This document shows positions 16,449-26,826 of a stretch of DNA of 63,541 bases, one piece after another. Made by a program: the position numbers and the translations under genes. The notes below the pieces were generated by a model. The model was not told where the DNA came from and did not search any database. It worked only from the letters and a program-made list of their open reading frames with translations. Position 1 is the stretch's first letter, and each line of letters begins with the position of its first letter. Source of the DNA: a virus. The stretch covers positions 1 to 63,541 of the IMG/VR virus record IMGVR_UViG_3300045391_003833; one strand, written 5' to 3'.

Positions 16449-17171
16449 ATGTCATACGGTGTAAATGCTCCTCAAGGGATGCAACCATACAGTTTCTTAG
16501 ACGGTTCTTTATATAACGGTCAATTATCAGCTTATAACATAGCCAGCGGATATAACAATGCTATATACACTGGAGATCCGGTCACTTTATTAGCTGACGG
16601 AACTATCGGTATTGGTGTTGCTGGTTCTCAAATCATTGGTTCTTTCCAAGGTTGCAAATTCTATGCAGCTGATGGAACTTATACGTTTTCTCCCTATTGG
16701 ACAGCCGCTCTCGCAACACAAAATGCAGTGTTAGTCGAAGCTTTGGTAGCTGATGCTCCAGGGCTAATTTACAACATGCAGGTTTCAACTCATGTTGACG
16801 CTGGTGGAAATCCTGAACCTGCTCCTACTATTGCTCAAGACGACATTAACAAAAATATTAACTTTGCAATTGGTGCTGTAACTAATTTCGGTGGCGCTAA
16901 TGTTTTCACAACCCCTACTAATCCAGGCGCATTAGCAGATCAAACTGACGCTGCTGAAGCTGCTCCAAACAATCCTACTGGTGGAAACACTCGTACTGGA
17001 CAATCTGGGGCATACCTTGATTACAACACGATTGGCAACGGTGCAACGCTTAATTTCAAGATAATTGGAATTGTGCCGCAACCAGGTAACGTAGCGGGTT
17101 TAATCTTTAACAATGCAAGAGTTATTATCAACGCAAATGTTTACAAGAGCGTTGGAACAGCTGGCGTTTAA
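16449..17171 (+). CDS. Putative capsid decoration/cement or other abundant head protein (240 aa)
   Basis: ORF trimmed to MSYGVNAPQG; immediately upstream of the major capsid gene. Gly/Ala/Asn-rich composition suggests a beta-rich fold. Confidence 0.4.
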   Translation: MSYGVNAPQGMQPYSFLDGSLYNGQLSAYNIASGYNNAIYTGDPVTLLADGTIGIGVAGSQIIGSFQGCKFYAADGTYTFSPYWTAALATQNAVLVEALVADAPGLIYNMQVSTHVDAGGNPEPAPTIAQDDINKNINFAIGAVTNFGGANVFTTPTNPGALADQTDAAEAAPNNPTGGNTRTGQSGAYLDYNTIGNGATLNFKIIGIVPQPGNVAGLIFNNARVIINANVYKSVGTAGV

Positions 17172-17200
17172 CACGGAATTATTTACAGGAGTTAATTTAA

Positions 17201-18100
17201 ATGGCAACTAATACCACTGCAATTGTAAACTTGTTAAGACCAGGTTTAAAAGACGTTTTCGGTGATCTTCCAGGATATCGCCCAGAGTGGCCAGAGATTT
17301 TTGAATCTGGAACCTCGGACAAAGCGGTTGAATACGAAGTTGAAATGAAGTTCTTAGGCTTAGGCCAAATTAAGAACGAAGGTGGTCCGATCGCAATGGA
17401 TACAATGGGTCAACGCATTGTAACGAGCTATGTTAACAGATACGTAGCTTTGCAATTTCAGATCACAGCGCAGGCCGTGGCCGACAACCTTTATAAAGAC
17501 AAATTCCCAATGATGGTTAAGTCATTGAAAAAATCGATGGCAATCACTAAGGAAATCTTAGGAGCCTCCGTTTTAAACAATGCGTTTAACAACAATTTCC
17601 CAATCGGTGACGGTGTTAGCTTATGTAACACCCAGCATCCAATCGATAACGGATATGTTGCTAATACACCAACGATTCAAGCTGACTTGAATGAAGCATC
17701 TTTGGAACAAGCGTTAATCGCTATTTCTCTCTTTAAAGACCAAGCTGGTTTAATCAGCATGGTATTGCCAGAGAAACTAGTTGTTCCACCACAAGGTGAC
17801 TTCGTTGCATCACGTTTGTTGAATTCTCAATTCCGTGTTGGAACTCCTAACAACGATATCAACGCAATCAACTATGGAAGCAGAATTCCTAAAGGATACG
17901 TGGTTAACCACTTCTTAACTCTGCCAAATAGCTGGTTCGTGCTTACCAATTGCGAAGGGTTAAAACACTATGTTCGTGAAAAAATCCGTACAGATATGTG
18001 GTCGGATTTCTCTACTGAGAACATTATGGCGAAAGCAGTGGAACGGTATTCGTTCGGATGCTCAAACTTCCGTTCAATTTACGGTTCGAATGGTCCTTAA
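17201..18100 (+). CDS. Major capsid protein (HK97-fold type, 299 aa)
   Basis: Strong SD caggagttaatttaaATG. N-terminal LLRPGLKDVFG..Y.PEWPEIF pattern is typical of podovirus/Mu-like capsid proteins. A strong terminator follows. Confidence 0.7.
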   Translation: MATNTTAIVNLLRPGLKDVFGDLPGYRPEWPEIFESGTSDKAVEYEVEMKFLGLGQIKNEGGPIAMDTMGQRIVTSYVNRYVALQFQITAQAVADNLYKDKFPMMVKSLKKSMAITKEILGASVLNNAFNNNFPIGDGVSLCNTQHPIDNGYVANTPTIQADLNEASLEQALIAISLFKDQAGLISMVLPEKLVVPPQGDFVASRLLNSQFRVGTPNNDINAINYGSRIPKGYVVNHFLTLPNSWFVLTNCEGLKHYVREKIRTDMWSDFSTENIMAKAVERYSFGCSNFRSIYGSNGP

Positions 18101-18113
18101 TAAATGATCTTCT

Positions 18114-18148
18114 GGGTACTTGAGCCAATAACAAGTACCCGGTTTTTT
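18114..18148 (+). terminator. Strong rho-independent terminator after the capsid gene
   Basis: GGGTACTTG-9 nt-CAAGTACCC perfect 9-bp stem, then ggTTTTTT. Confidence 0.85.
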
Positions 18149-18178
18149 AAGATTTCTGAAACCTTATAGAGGTGACTC

Positions 18179-19324
18179 ATGGCTTTTAATCAAGACTTAG
18201 CGCAAAAATTAACTAGTGGAATTCTTATTTCTACTACGAGTGGTAACGATTTACCAACCTTCAGTAGCGATTCTACTAATTTTGAGTTGCAAGGTACTGA
18301 CTGGGCAATGATGTTCAACTCGATGACATCTACTCAACGAGATGCATTGACTGACCCTGCTAACGGGATGGTTTTCTACAATAGTACTACGGGTACTATT
18401 CAGGCTAGAGAAGCAGGCGCATGGGTTTCATTATCGAATGCAGCTGGTGGAATTTTTCAAGCCGCTGCTGGAACCGCTGCTGCTCCTGGGTATACCTTTA
18501 CTGGTGATACTAATACCGGGATTTACAGGTCTGCTGCGGACATCATGGATTTCTCTGCTGGCGGATTTAGACAGGCATCAGTTGTATTCACAAACAACGC
18601 GGTTAACTATTTCGGAATAACTGGAGCACCTACAGGTGGACTTCCATATTTTACTAATGCTCCTACTATTTTTTCTGAAGGTACAGATACTCACATTGGT
18701 CTAAACCTTTTAGCTAAAGGTCTTGGTGCCGTTAACATAATGGGCGATACAAACAATGGTGAAGTAAGATTTTGGAATTCTTTAAATACTTTCTATATTG
18801 GATTAAGTTGCGCAAATCCTACTGCTAATAAGGATTTTACCTTACCTAATGATTACCCAACTCTGGATGGTATCCCAATCCTTGTTTCTACAGCGGGAGC
18901 AATGACGTACGACCCAGCTGGAGCAATTCTGCATACAAGAGTGCAAATCCCAACCGCAGCTGTTAAGACGATGTTTGCAACTCCAGTGCAATTACTTGCA
19001 GCTCCTGGGGCTACAAAAGCATACATGATTCATAAAGCTCTGTTGAATGTGAAATATAATTCTGCAACTTATACATCTGGTGGAGCTATAGGTATTGTTT
19101 ATTCACCATCAGCTGCTGCTGCTATGGAGGCCAGTGTTGACGCCGCATTACTAGTCGGTCCAACACAGTCTACCATTGAATCAGTTACTGGATTGATTGG
19201 TAACGATAACTTATCAGCAGTTGTTAACAATGCAGTTTTTATTGAGAATGCAACAGCAAACTTTGCTACAGGTAATAGCGACCTGTACGTAGACTTGTGG
19301 TACTCGGTCGTAACAGCACCATAA
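18179..19324 (+). CDS. Fibre-like virion protein (381 aa)
   Basis: TSTQRDALTDPANGMVFYNSTTGTIQAREAGAWVSL motif is common in phage fibre N-terminal domains. A related motif occurs in 21929..23086. Confidence 0.5.
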   Translation: MAFNQDLAQKLTSGILISTTSGNDLPTFSSDSTNFELQGTDWAMMFNSMTSTQRDALTDPANGMVFYNSTTGTIQAREAGAWVSLSNAAGGIFQAAAGTAAAPGYTFTGDTNTGIYRSAADIMDFSAGGFRQASVVFTNNAVNYFGITGAPTGGLPYFTNAPTIFSEGTDTHIGLNLLAKGLGAVNIMGDTNNGEVRFWNSLNTFYIGLSCANPTANKDFTLPNDYPTLDGIPILVSTAGAMTYDPAGAILHTRVQIPTAAVKTMFATPVQLLAAPGATKAYMIHKALLNVKYNSATYTSGGAIGIVYSPSAAAAMEASVDAALLVGPTQSTIESVTGLIGNDNLSAVVNNAVFIENATANFATGNSDLYVDLWYSVVTAP

Positions 19325-19356
19325 AATGTTTTTTTCACACAAAGGAGTAAGTAACT

Positions 19357-19584
19357 ATGAGTCAAGCAATCAAGGTTCTTGAAGATAATGTAAAGAATTT
19401 TCAAGACACGATTAAACAGGAACAGATTGACATTATCAACATCAAGAAAATCTTGAAAGATAAAGTCAAGAACGTAAGCGTTTATGAAGGGGCCATTCAA
19501 ATGGCTAGTCAAACCCTAAATTTGCTAAAAGCAGAGGAAGAAAAGGCTAAGGCAGAAGCTTCTAAGGAAGTCAAGCCTAAGTAA
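19357..19584 (+). CDS. small coiled-coil protein (75 aa)
   Basis: ORF track; heptad-like charged sequence. Confidence 0.5.
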   Translation: MSQAIKVLEDNVKNFQDTIKQEQIDIINIKKILKDKVKNVSVYEGAIQMASQTLNLLKAEEEKAKAEASKEVKPK

Positions 19585-19599
19585 CCTAGAAGGACGAAT

Positions 19600-20247
19600 A
19601 TGAGACCAGTTGTATTTGAATGGCAAGCTCTCGATTCTGCTGCGGTTTCATCACTGCAAACAGTAGGCGCAGCCGGTAATCTAGCAATAGATGGTACGCT
19701 CTCATCTCCCATTCGTCCTGATTCAACTGCGAGACAAGCAACGTTTGGAAAGACCCAAAGACAAGTTACCTTGACATCGGTAAACGACTTGCATTTGGTT
19801 AACTTCACTATTTCAGGCTATCTAAACGGTAAACCTGTTTCTGAAACCAGAGCTGGCCCTACCAGTAATACAGTAGCTACTACACAGTTATTCAATATTG
19901 TTACATCAATCTCATTCAATGCCGCAGTAACTGCTGTTAAAGCAGGCATTAGTGGAGTTGGTAATACAGATTTATACACCTACGACCATCACGTAACTAC
20001 GCCCGACTTGTCAGCGCAAGTTGTTGTATCTGGAACTATTACCTATGACTTTCAGGTAACCAACGATGACGCTAACAATCCGGCGATCACCCCTACTTGG
20101 TTTACTCCCGTAACCGAACTGACCAATAAAACGGACAATCGGTATGGAAGCATCTCATCACCTATTGCATTTGCCAGGATTAATGTTACCGCTGGAACCG
20201 GTTCTCTGGTTGCAACGTTAGTACAACAAGGATTTGGAGCTACGTAA
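19600..20247 (+). CDS. virion structural protein (215 aa), unknown role
   Basis: ORF track; Thr/Ser/Ala/Val-rich, beta-rich composition; lies in the structural operon. Confidence 0.5.
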   Translation: MRPVVFEWQALDSAAVSSLQTVGAAGNLAIDGTLSSPIRPDSTARQATFGKTQRQVTLTSVNDLHLVNFTISGYLNGKPVSETRAGPTSNTVATTQLFNIVTSISFNAAVTAVKAGISGVGNTDLYTYDHHVTTPDLSAQVVVSGTITYDFQVTNDDANNPAITPTWFTPVTELTNKTDNRYGSISSPIAFARINVTAGTGSLVATLVQQGFGAT

Positions 20248-20432
20248 TGGGTGCTAAAAAGTTCATTCAAAAGATGCATATGAAGAAAGGGGCTTTGCAC
20301 AAACAGCTAGGCGTTCCTCAAGGTAAAAAGATACCTGAGGCTAAGCTTGAGAAAGCTGAGCACTCTAGTAATCCTACGTTAAGAAAAAGGGCAGTCTTGG
20401 CAGAAACGTTAAAGAGTTTTCACAGAGGATGA
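20247..20432 (+). CDS. small basic protein (61 aa)
   Basis: ORF track; start overlaps upstream stop (TAATG). Confidence 0.45.
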   Translation: MGAKKFIQKMHMKKGALHKQLGVPQGKKIPEAKLEKAEHSSNPTLRKRAVLAETLKSFHRG

Positions 20433-20439
20433 AGCGTAA

Positions 20440-21528
20440 GTGGCAACTACATCGGGAACTTATAACTTCAGTTCTTCCGCAACTGTTGAGAATGTCATAA
20501 ACGAAGCTTATGAAAGAATTGGTATTACCCCAAATTTAACCCCTGGTTACAGTTTAGAATCCGCACAACGTTCGCTTAACTTCTTACTTACCTCTTGGAC
20601 AAACAACAGTAAAGGTCTAAAGCTTTGGACTGTTCAGAAATACATTTTGTCTCTTAAGCCTGGTCAAGCCTCTTATGCAATGCCTCCTTTTACCATTACA
20701 ACGTTAGAAGTTCAGTTAAGGCAGTCTAACCGAAATCTTGGTGGAACTCCTTTTGCAAAAGTAGCTGGGGTTAATAATGGTATCGCAGCCAATGCTTTTG
20801 ACGGCAATCCCAATACCGCATGTACTCAAACGCTTCCTAACGGTGATATTGGATATAGCTGGGCTACATCTACTTATGCTATCCAGATGGTTGGGGTACA
20901 GAGCAATGTTACCAGAACCTATACCTTGGTTTTTGAATACAGCGTTGATGGAACTACTTGGACACAGGTAGGTGCACCGGCTGCTCAAGAATTTCCTGTT
21001 GGGACTAACATCTGGTTTGCCATTAACTCGGCACAAATGGGAACTGCTTTCAGGATAAGAGAAACCGCGGGTGCTACTTTAGATATTCAAGAACTGTATT
21101 TCAACACTCAGCTGCAAGATACTGTTATGAGCGCGTTTAGTCGTTCTGAATATGAAGCTCAGCCTAACAAGAATCAAACTGGAAGACCCAGTAGTTATTA
21201 CCTAGACAGACAAATAGAGCCCGTTTTAAACATCTGGCCTGCGCCGATCAATACTTACAATGCGATTGCATTTACCGCTACTTCTTACATTCAGGATATT
21301 GGAGCGTTGTTAAATCTTCCACAGGTTCCAAGTCGATACTATGAGCCCTTGGTTACGGGGTTAGCATTCTTGTTAGGGCTGAAGAATCCAAAGTTGGTGG
21401 ATATAAACCGGTTGCAGTATTTGAAAGCCCTGTATGACGAAGCGTTTAAGATTGCGTCTGACGAAGACCGAGAAAGGGTGCCGTTGCGTATTTATGGTTC
21501 TTACATTTCTGGATGGAGTCAATCATGA
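20440..21528 (+). CDS. Virion (tail/adaptor) protein with inserted galactose-binding/discoidin-like domain
   Basis: AANAFDGNPNTACTQ...YTLVFEYSVDGTTWTQV resembles F5/8 type C / CBM32 signatures. N-terminal AYERIG..SLNFLLTSW pattern is seen in podovirus tail proteins. Confidence 0.45.
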   Translation: MATTSGTYNFSSSATVENVINEAYERIGITPNLTPGYSLESAQRSLNFLLTSWTNNSKGLKLWTVQKYILSLKPGQASYAMPPFTITTLEVQLRQSNRNLGGTPFAKVAGVNNGIAANAFDGNPNTACTQTLPNGDIGYSWATSTYAIQMVGVQSNVTRTYTLVFEYSVDGTTWTQVGAPAAQEFPVGTNIWFAINSAQMGTAFRIRETAGATLDIQELYFNTQLQDTVMSAFSRSEYEAQPNKNQTGRPSSYYLDRQIEPVLNIWPAPINTYNAIAFTATSYIQDIGALLNLPQVPSRYYEPLVTGLAFLLGLKNPKLVDINRLQYLKALYDEAFKIASDEDRERVPLRIYGSYISGWSQS

Positions 21529-21932
21529 GACCACCAAAGGGCAAGTACGTAACCATAGATATTAACAATCCTGATGCGTTAGGTATTTGTGATTACAGTG
21601 GCTCTGTTTTTAACAAAAGAGACTTGGTTAAGCAAATGGAATGGCGTGGAAACGCTCTGGAATGGACAGGGTTTTTAGTAGGAAAGCCGTTTATAGATGT
21701 TCCTAATGAGCAAAATAGAAACCCTGTGTTACCTCCGGACCCAGTACCTGTTCCATTACCAAGAGTTATGCAGGACCAGACTATTACCTGGGAGCAAAAT
21801 CTACAATTGCCTTGGGAGCAATTAATTATGTACCCATGGGAAAATTGGGGAACTATTTACAACGGTGCTGCTGAACTTAATGAAGCGCAGAAATTGTCTC
21901 AACTTGAAAATGTTAATTGGATGGGCGGATGA
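21525..21932 (+). CDS. hypothetical structural-module protein (135 aa)
   Basis: ORF trimmed to the ATGA overlap with the upstream stop. Confidence 0.5.
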   Translation: MRPPKGKYVTIDINNPDALGICDYSGSVFNKRDLVKQMEWRGNALEWTGFLVGKPFIDVPNEQNRNPVLPPDPVPVPLPRVMQDQTITWEQNLQLPWEQLIMYPWENWGTIYNGAAELNEAQKLSQLENVNWMGG

Positions 21933-23086
21933 CTAGATTAGTAGGTAAAATGCCTGGATACTCGTTTGGTGATGTATTGACCACAACTAATGAGGGTCAA
22001 GGACTAACTAACGTCTTGAAAAATCTCCAAGATGGATTTGGGAACAATAGTACCGTTCTGATTGCAAATAACGCTATTCAGTTCTTATATGGTGGTGGAA
22101 ATAGTCTATATCTAAACGGTACTGCGCTTCTTTCAAGCGGAAACAATATTAACCTTTCTACTCAGGATAACCCCATATTCCAAGGAACTGGAGCACTGAC
22201 TGTTCCAATAGGAACCACTGGCGAGAGACCATCGAGTCCTGTGAACGGAATGTTTAGATACAACAGGAGTACGGAAAGTTTTGAGTTCTATGAAAATGGT
22301 GGATGGGTAGACTCTACTGGTATTGCAACCATCACGGGAACTGCTAATCAGATAGTGGTTACTGGAACTACGGATGTTGTTATATCGCTTGCAAGCAATA
22401 TTCAAAACATTAATTCGCTAAAAACTGCCAATATTAATATTGACGTGGTGGCAAGAACCATCAGTACAAGCACCTCCTCTCTTCCTCTTGTTATAGAAAG
22501 TCGTGGAGGACCGGTACAAATTGGTACGCCATCTGGTAGTTTTCTTGATAATTTAGAAATTAGAAATGGAGGCGCGCTTAAATTATATAATTCACTAGAC
22601 GACGCATATTCAGGATGGGCGGCAAGTTTAACCTCTCCAAATAATGTTTGGAGAATGCCGCAAGCTGATGGAACCGCAGGTCAAGTATTTACTACTAACG
22701 GAGCATTTGGAACCAGTTGGACAACGCCCTCTGTGTCTAAAATAGAAGTAACGGTTAATCAGCCAGGAAATACATTTATTGTTGGAACTATTATAAGACT
22801 AAACGAAGGAACTAATACATATGTTGCTGCAAAAGCAGACACAGAAGAAAATCAACGAGTCGTTGGGATAGTAAGTTCAGTAGGAGATACTTTTAAATAT
22901 GTAATTTCTGGCGTAGGTTCCACGGGTGTGACTGCAATAACTCCTGGAACATTATATTACTTAGACAATACAGTTGCGGGTACCTTTGTGGATGAAGCAC
23001 CATCTACAGGATTCTCAAAACCTTTATTCATTGCAATTACTACTAATACTTATGTTTGGCTAAATCAAAGAGGTCAGGAATTATGA
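21929..23086 (+). CDS. Tail fibre-like protein (385 aa)
   Basis: GTTGERPSSPVNGMFRYNRSTESFEFYENGGWV fibre motif; ATGA coupling. Confidence 0.55.
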   Translation: MTRLVGKMPGYSFGDVLTTTNEGQGLTNVLKNLQDGFGNNSTVLIANNAIQFLYGGGNSLYLNGTALLSSGNNINLSTQDNPIFQGTGALTVPIGTTGERPSSPVNGMFRYNRSTESFEFYENGGWVDSTGIATITGTANQIVVTGTTDVVISLASNIQNINSLKTANINIDVVARTISTSTSSLPLVIESRGGPVQIGTPSGSFLDNLEIRNGGALKLYNSLDDAYSGWAASLTSPNNVWRMPQADGTAGQVFTTNGAFGTSWTTPSVSKIEVTVNQPGNTFIVGTIIRLNEGTNTYVAAKADTEENQRVVGIVSSVGDTFKYVISGVGSTGVTAITPGTLYYLDNTVAGTFVDEAPSTGFSKPLFIAITTNTYVWLNQRGQEL

Positions 23087-25155
23087 GCGATGCAATTAAA
23101 GCGGTAAGAAGTTTAAGTCTTAACACTGATCAGTTCCAAAACACTGGGACTCTTCTAAACCCAAACGTGGCTTTTGCGACCAATCCGCGTGTCGACAGTA
23201 ATTTTATTATTGAAAGTGGGTTTAGACTGGAATTCCACGACCCTACGGACACATATTCGACCAACATAAAAGCTGGCAATCAAACCCTTGACATAACTTT
23301 AAAACTTCCTACGACAGCTCCATCAGATGGGCAAATGCTAATCGCCATAGGTGGCCCACCTACAAACGTTACTCTTGGGTGGCGAAACTTCATGACGGGA
23401 CCCGGGACTACTGTTAATGGTCAAGTACCTTTTTTCAGCGGAACAAACGGGTTTGTTCTTGACGTTCTCGCAGGATTTAAAGTAGATCCAGCATTAGTTT
23501 CTCTTGTTTTTGGAGACAATAACGTCGTCACCAACGGAGAAAGAGCAGTCATATTAGCTGGCGCAAACAATACAATCGATAGCACTGGCGGAGACTTATT
23601 TATCGTTGGGGGCACCGGAAATCAGCTTACATCCTTGTCTAGTGCAGGAATATGCGGAGGCAAAACAAACTTAGTATCTGGAGACCAATCTATTGCCATT
23701 GGCGGAGAAAGCAACACCGTCAGTGGAAGTAATTCTTACGGATTAGGTTTTAAATCTTTAGTAGCACATGATTACAGTTTTGTCTTTTCAGACCATTCTA
23801 ATATCTCCACAGGATTAGAAACAACCGCAGCTGGTCAGTATTTATTGCAAGCGACTGGCGGATTTGGTTTTGTTAGCGCTGCAATGACGCTTACTTCGTT
23901 CCCAAATAACTTTATTAACATCTATGCTGACACTGGCGCAAATAGAGCAAAGTTGCAATACAAAAACAACGCGGGAACGGTCTCAACCACTATATTAGAC
24001 GTTCTGCAAGTAAAAGGGGATTTGTATACCTTTAATTCGACGACTAATGACCGTTTAGGAGTTGGAACTAACGGACAAATTCTAAGCGCAAATTCAGCTA
24101 CTACAACTGGTTTAGAATGGATTAACAACACTCCAAGCGGCGTAACCAGCATCTCGTCTGGTTCTAACATTGTTTGTACGCCAAACCCAATCGTTTCAAC
24201 AGGTACTGTAGCATTAAGCACCACACCAAGTGGCCTTACTTCATTAGGTGTTGGAAACTTTACATTCTCTAGTTCTACAATAACAACTGCTGTTTCTAGT
24301 CTTAACTTATCATCAGTTGACGGAAGAGTTCTTTTTAACACTGGTGGCGGTAATCCAGGAGTTGGGTTATTTTTTAATACCGGCGGTTTTTATGCTTCTA
24401 TTGGTGCAAGTGCTTCTGCTACAGGTAATATGGCATTTACGCTTCCAGCTACTCACACTACTAACGGTTTGCTTGTTAACACAGGCTCTGGCGTGCTAGC
24501 AGAAACTATTACACCCTCTGGTCTTACTTCTATTGGCGTAGGTAATTTAACCCTATCTGGCGACACTATAACTGGTACCAATGGGGTACTGATTCAAAGC
24601 ACTGGTTCTGGCCAAGCTATTGGATTGTCTCCGAAAGGAGCAGCACAGGTAAGAATCTTTAGCCAAGATGCATCAAATGCAGTTCCTTTGAGATTCTACA
24701 ATTCAGCGAGTACTCAGTACATAGAATTCAAAGCAGGAACCCTATCAGGAAATACAACCTGGACGTGGCCAACAGCAGACGCCGCAGGCGCATGGGTATC
24801 AGATGGTGCAGGAGCAACTTCGTTTACAGCAAGCCCAAGTATATATCGCGCTATAGTTTCCGTCTCAGGAACCTCTAAAACCTTTGCGTTAAGCGATGCT
24901 AACACCTTCCAGCAATGCACAAATGGTTCAACGGTAACATTAACCGTAGACACCAACGCAAACGTTGCCTTTCCAGTAGGAACAGAAATTGACATATTCC
25001 AAGAAGGAGCAGGCCAAGTGGTTATTGCCGCAGCTGGCGGAGTAACAATTGAAAGTGCTTTTTCAAATCTAAAAATTGCAGTTCAGTACGGCGGCGCAAC
25101 ATTAAAGAAACTGGCCACTAACACTTGGTGTCTCGTTGGAAACTTAACAGCATGA
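23083..25155 (+). CDS. Tail fibre/spike protein (690 aa) with internal repeats
   Basis: Repeated PSGLTS(L/I)GVGN(F/L)T(F/L)S modules; Gly/Thr/Ser/Asn-rich; ATGA coupling. Confidence 0.6.
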   Translation: MSDAIKAVRSLSLNTDQFQNTGTLLNPNVAFATNPRVDSNFIIESGFRLEFHDPTDTYSTNIKAGNQTLDITLKLPTTAPSDGQMLIAIGGPPTNVTLGWRNFMTGPGTTVNGQVPFFSGTNGFVLDVLAGFKVDPALVSLVFGDNNVVTNGERAVILAGANNTIDSTGGDLFIVGGTGNQLTSLSSAGICGGKTNLVSGDQSIAIGGESNTVSGSNSYGLGFKSLVAHDYSFVFSDHSNISTGLETTAAGQYLLQATGGFGFVSAAMTLTSFPNNFINIYADTGANRAKLQYKNNAGTVSTTILDVLQVKGDLYTFNSTTNDRLGVGTNGQILSANSATTTGLEWINNTPSGVTSISSGSNIVCTPNPIVSTGTVALSTTPSGLTSLGVGNFTFSSSTITTAVSSLNLSSVDGRVLFNTGGGNPGVGLFFNTGGFYASIGASASATGNMAFTLPATHTTNGLLVNTGSGVLAETITPSGLTSIGVGNLTLSGDTITGTNGVLIQSTGSGQAIGLSPKGAAQVRIFSQDASNAVPLRFYNSASTQYIEFKAGTLSGNTTWTWPTADAAGAWVSDGAGATSFTASPSIYRAIVSVSGTSKTFALSDANTFQQCTNGSTVTLTVDTNANVAFPVGTEIDIFQEGAGQVVIAAAGGVTIESAFSNLKIAVQYGGATLKKLATNTWCLVGNLTA

Positions 25156-25907
25156 GCAATCATTTTGGCATTATTCAATCGACATTTGAACCTAGAAATC
25201 TAGGAAGCATCTTAACTGGATGGTGGGATGGAAACGACCCTAGCGCTAACGGTACAAAGCCTGCGAATAATGCTTCTGTTTCCACATGGGTTGACAAATC
25301 AACATACGGAAATAATTTAACCCAAGGTACCGGCGCATTGCAGTTTGTCTATAAAACCAGTTTAAAAAATGGACTAGGTGGATTTAGCGTTAACACCGCT
25401 CAAGCAATGACCAGTGCTAACCCACCCAGTGGATGGACCTTTGGAACGAATGCTAGAAGTATAATTTTTGTATTCAACATAACAGGAACTATTTCTGGAA
25501 ATAATCAGGTTGTATGGGGACAAGGTGGCGGAGGAAATGGAAATAACACTACATTTGGTCATCTAAACGCAGGTGGCGCAGTTTTTGGTATAGATTCTGG
25601 TGGCACAGGAAACTATGTAACATTTAACACTACCACTGTTGTTCAAAATACTTATTACGTTTGGGAATATTATTGCCCATCGGGGACTCTAACTGCTTCT
25701 ACTTCGGTTATCAACGGTACCTCACAATCAGCAACCAGTCATAGTTATACAGGCGGAGTGGTAGCATCCTCAGCGGTTACGGCTGGAAATCCTAATGCTG
25801 TTAGCTTAAATGGCAACTACTTAGAAGTTATCGCTTGTAATGCGCAGCTGAATTCTACCCAACAAACCTTGGTTAGAGCTTATTTACGAAACAAATGGAA
25901 CATCTAA
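25152..25907 (+). CDS. LamG/concanavalin-like domain tail-fibre-associated protein
   Basis: GWWDGNDPSANGTKPANNASVSTWVDKSTYGNNLTQ matches the W.DA.D...G..V..W.DKSGNGN..TQ pattern of LamG-type jelly rolls. Confidence 0.5.
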   Translation: MSNHFGIIQSTFEPRNLGSILTGWWDGNDPSANGTKPANNASVSTWVDKSTYGNNLTQGTGALQFVYKTSLKNGLGGFSVNTAQAMTSANPPSGWTFGTNARSIIFVFNITGTISGNNQVVWGQGGGGNGNNTTFGHLNAGGAVFGIDSGGTGNYVTFNTTTVVQNTYYVWEYYCPSGTLTASTSVINGTSQSATSHSYTGGVVASSAVTAGNPNAVSLNGNYLEVIACNAQLNSTQQTLVRAYLRNKWNI

Positions 25908-25908
25908 T

Positions 25909-26184
25909 ATGACACTCTATTTCACCGGTACAGAAGAAAACATCGCGCTTGCTAATTATCAGATTGGGCAAAACCTAGGTTTGCCTTTTAGAGGAACCAT
26001 GCGTTGGGCAGACCCTCTACAAGCTTATCAGCAGAATTTTTGGTTTATCTTGATGCCGCCTGCTGAAGGGTGGACGCGAGAAGACGGAACGTATTTCACC
26101 CAACAACAAATGATTGAAAACGTCCAGAACGTCAGCATTGAGGAAGGCCAATCCAGTTGGTTTCCGCCAATAGGAGAGGGTTAA
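25909..26184 (+). CDS. hypothetical protein (91 aa)
   Basis: ORF track; tight tiling. Confidence 0.5.
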   Translation: MTLYFTGTEENIALANYQIGQNLGLPFRGTMRWADPLQAYQQNFWFILMPPAEGWTREDGTYFTQQQMIENVQNVSIEEGQSSWFPPIGEG

Positions 26185-26826
26185 ATGGCGCTTACATACA
26201 ACTCTCTTATAGAGCAGGTTAAGCAAGAACTTGAAAGAACAGATGATAATTTTACAGCCAATATTCCTAACTTCATCAGTCAGGCTCAGGATATTATTAA
26301 TCTGGAAGTTAAGAACATCGGATTAGAGCAAGTTGCTATTGGAGCTTTCACTATAGGAAGCGCGGTGGTTGTAAAGCCTACACGTTGGAGAAGAACGATT
26401 TCTTTCAACTATGGAACCGGTCCCACCAATGACGTTTCTAATATTCTCTTGCCAAGACGCTATGAATATCTGATGACGCTTTGGCCAAATAGAACATTGA
26501 CAGATGTGAATCAACCACCAAGATACTATGCGGATTATGGGTTTCAGAATTTCCTCGTAGCTCCTACGCCTGCGTTGGCTTATCCATTTGAGCTTATTTA
26601 CATGGAGACGCCAGCAACATTGTCAGCTTCTAATCAAACTAATTGGTTGACCGATTTTGCACCTGCGTTGCTTTTTTACCGTACTTTAATGCAAGCGGTT
26701 ATCTATTTGAAGGATGACGAAAGGCTTCAGATTTTTGGTTCTATTTACAAGGAAATAGTAGATGGTATGAATTCTCAAGATGGTATGAGACAAACAGACC
26801 GCTCTATGGATGGAGATGCAGATTAA
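26185..26826 (+). CDS. putative neck/adaptor-type virion protein (213 aa)
   Basis: ORF track. N-terminal LTYNSLIEQVKQELERTD...IPNFISQAQ pattern resembles adaptor proteins, from memory only. Confidence 0.35.
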   Translation: MALTYNSLIEQVKQELERTDDNFTANIPNFISQAQDIINLEVKNIGLEQVAIGAFTIGSAVVVKPTRWRRTISFNYGTGPTNDVSNILLPRRYEYLMTLWPNRTLTDVNQPPRYYADYGFQNFLVAPTPALAYPFELIYMETPATLSASNQTNWLTDFAPALLFYRTLMQAVIYLKDDERLQIFGSIYKEIVDGMNSQDGMRQTDRSMDGDAD

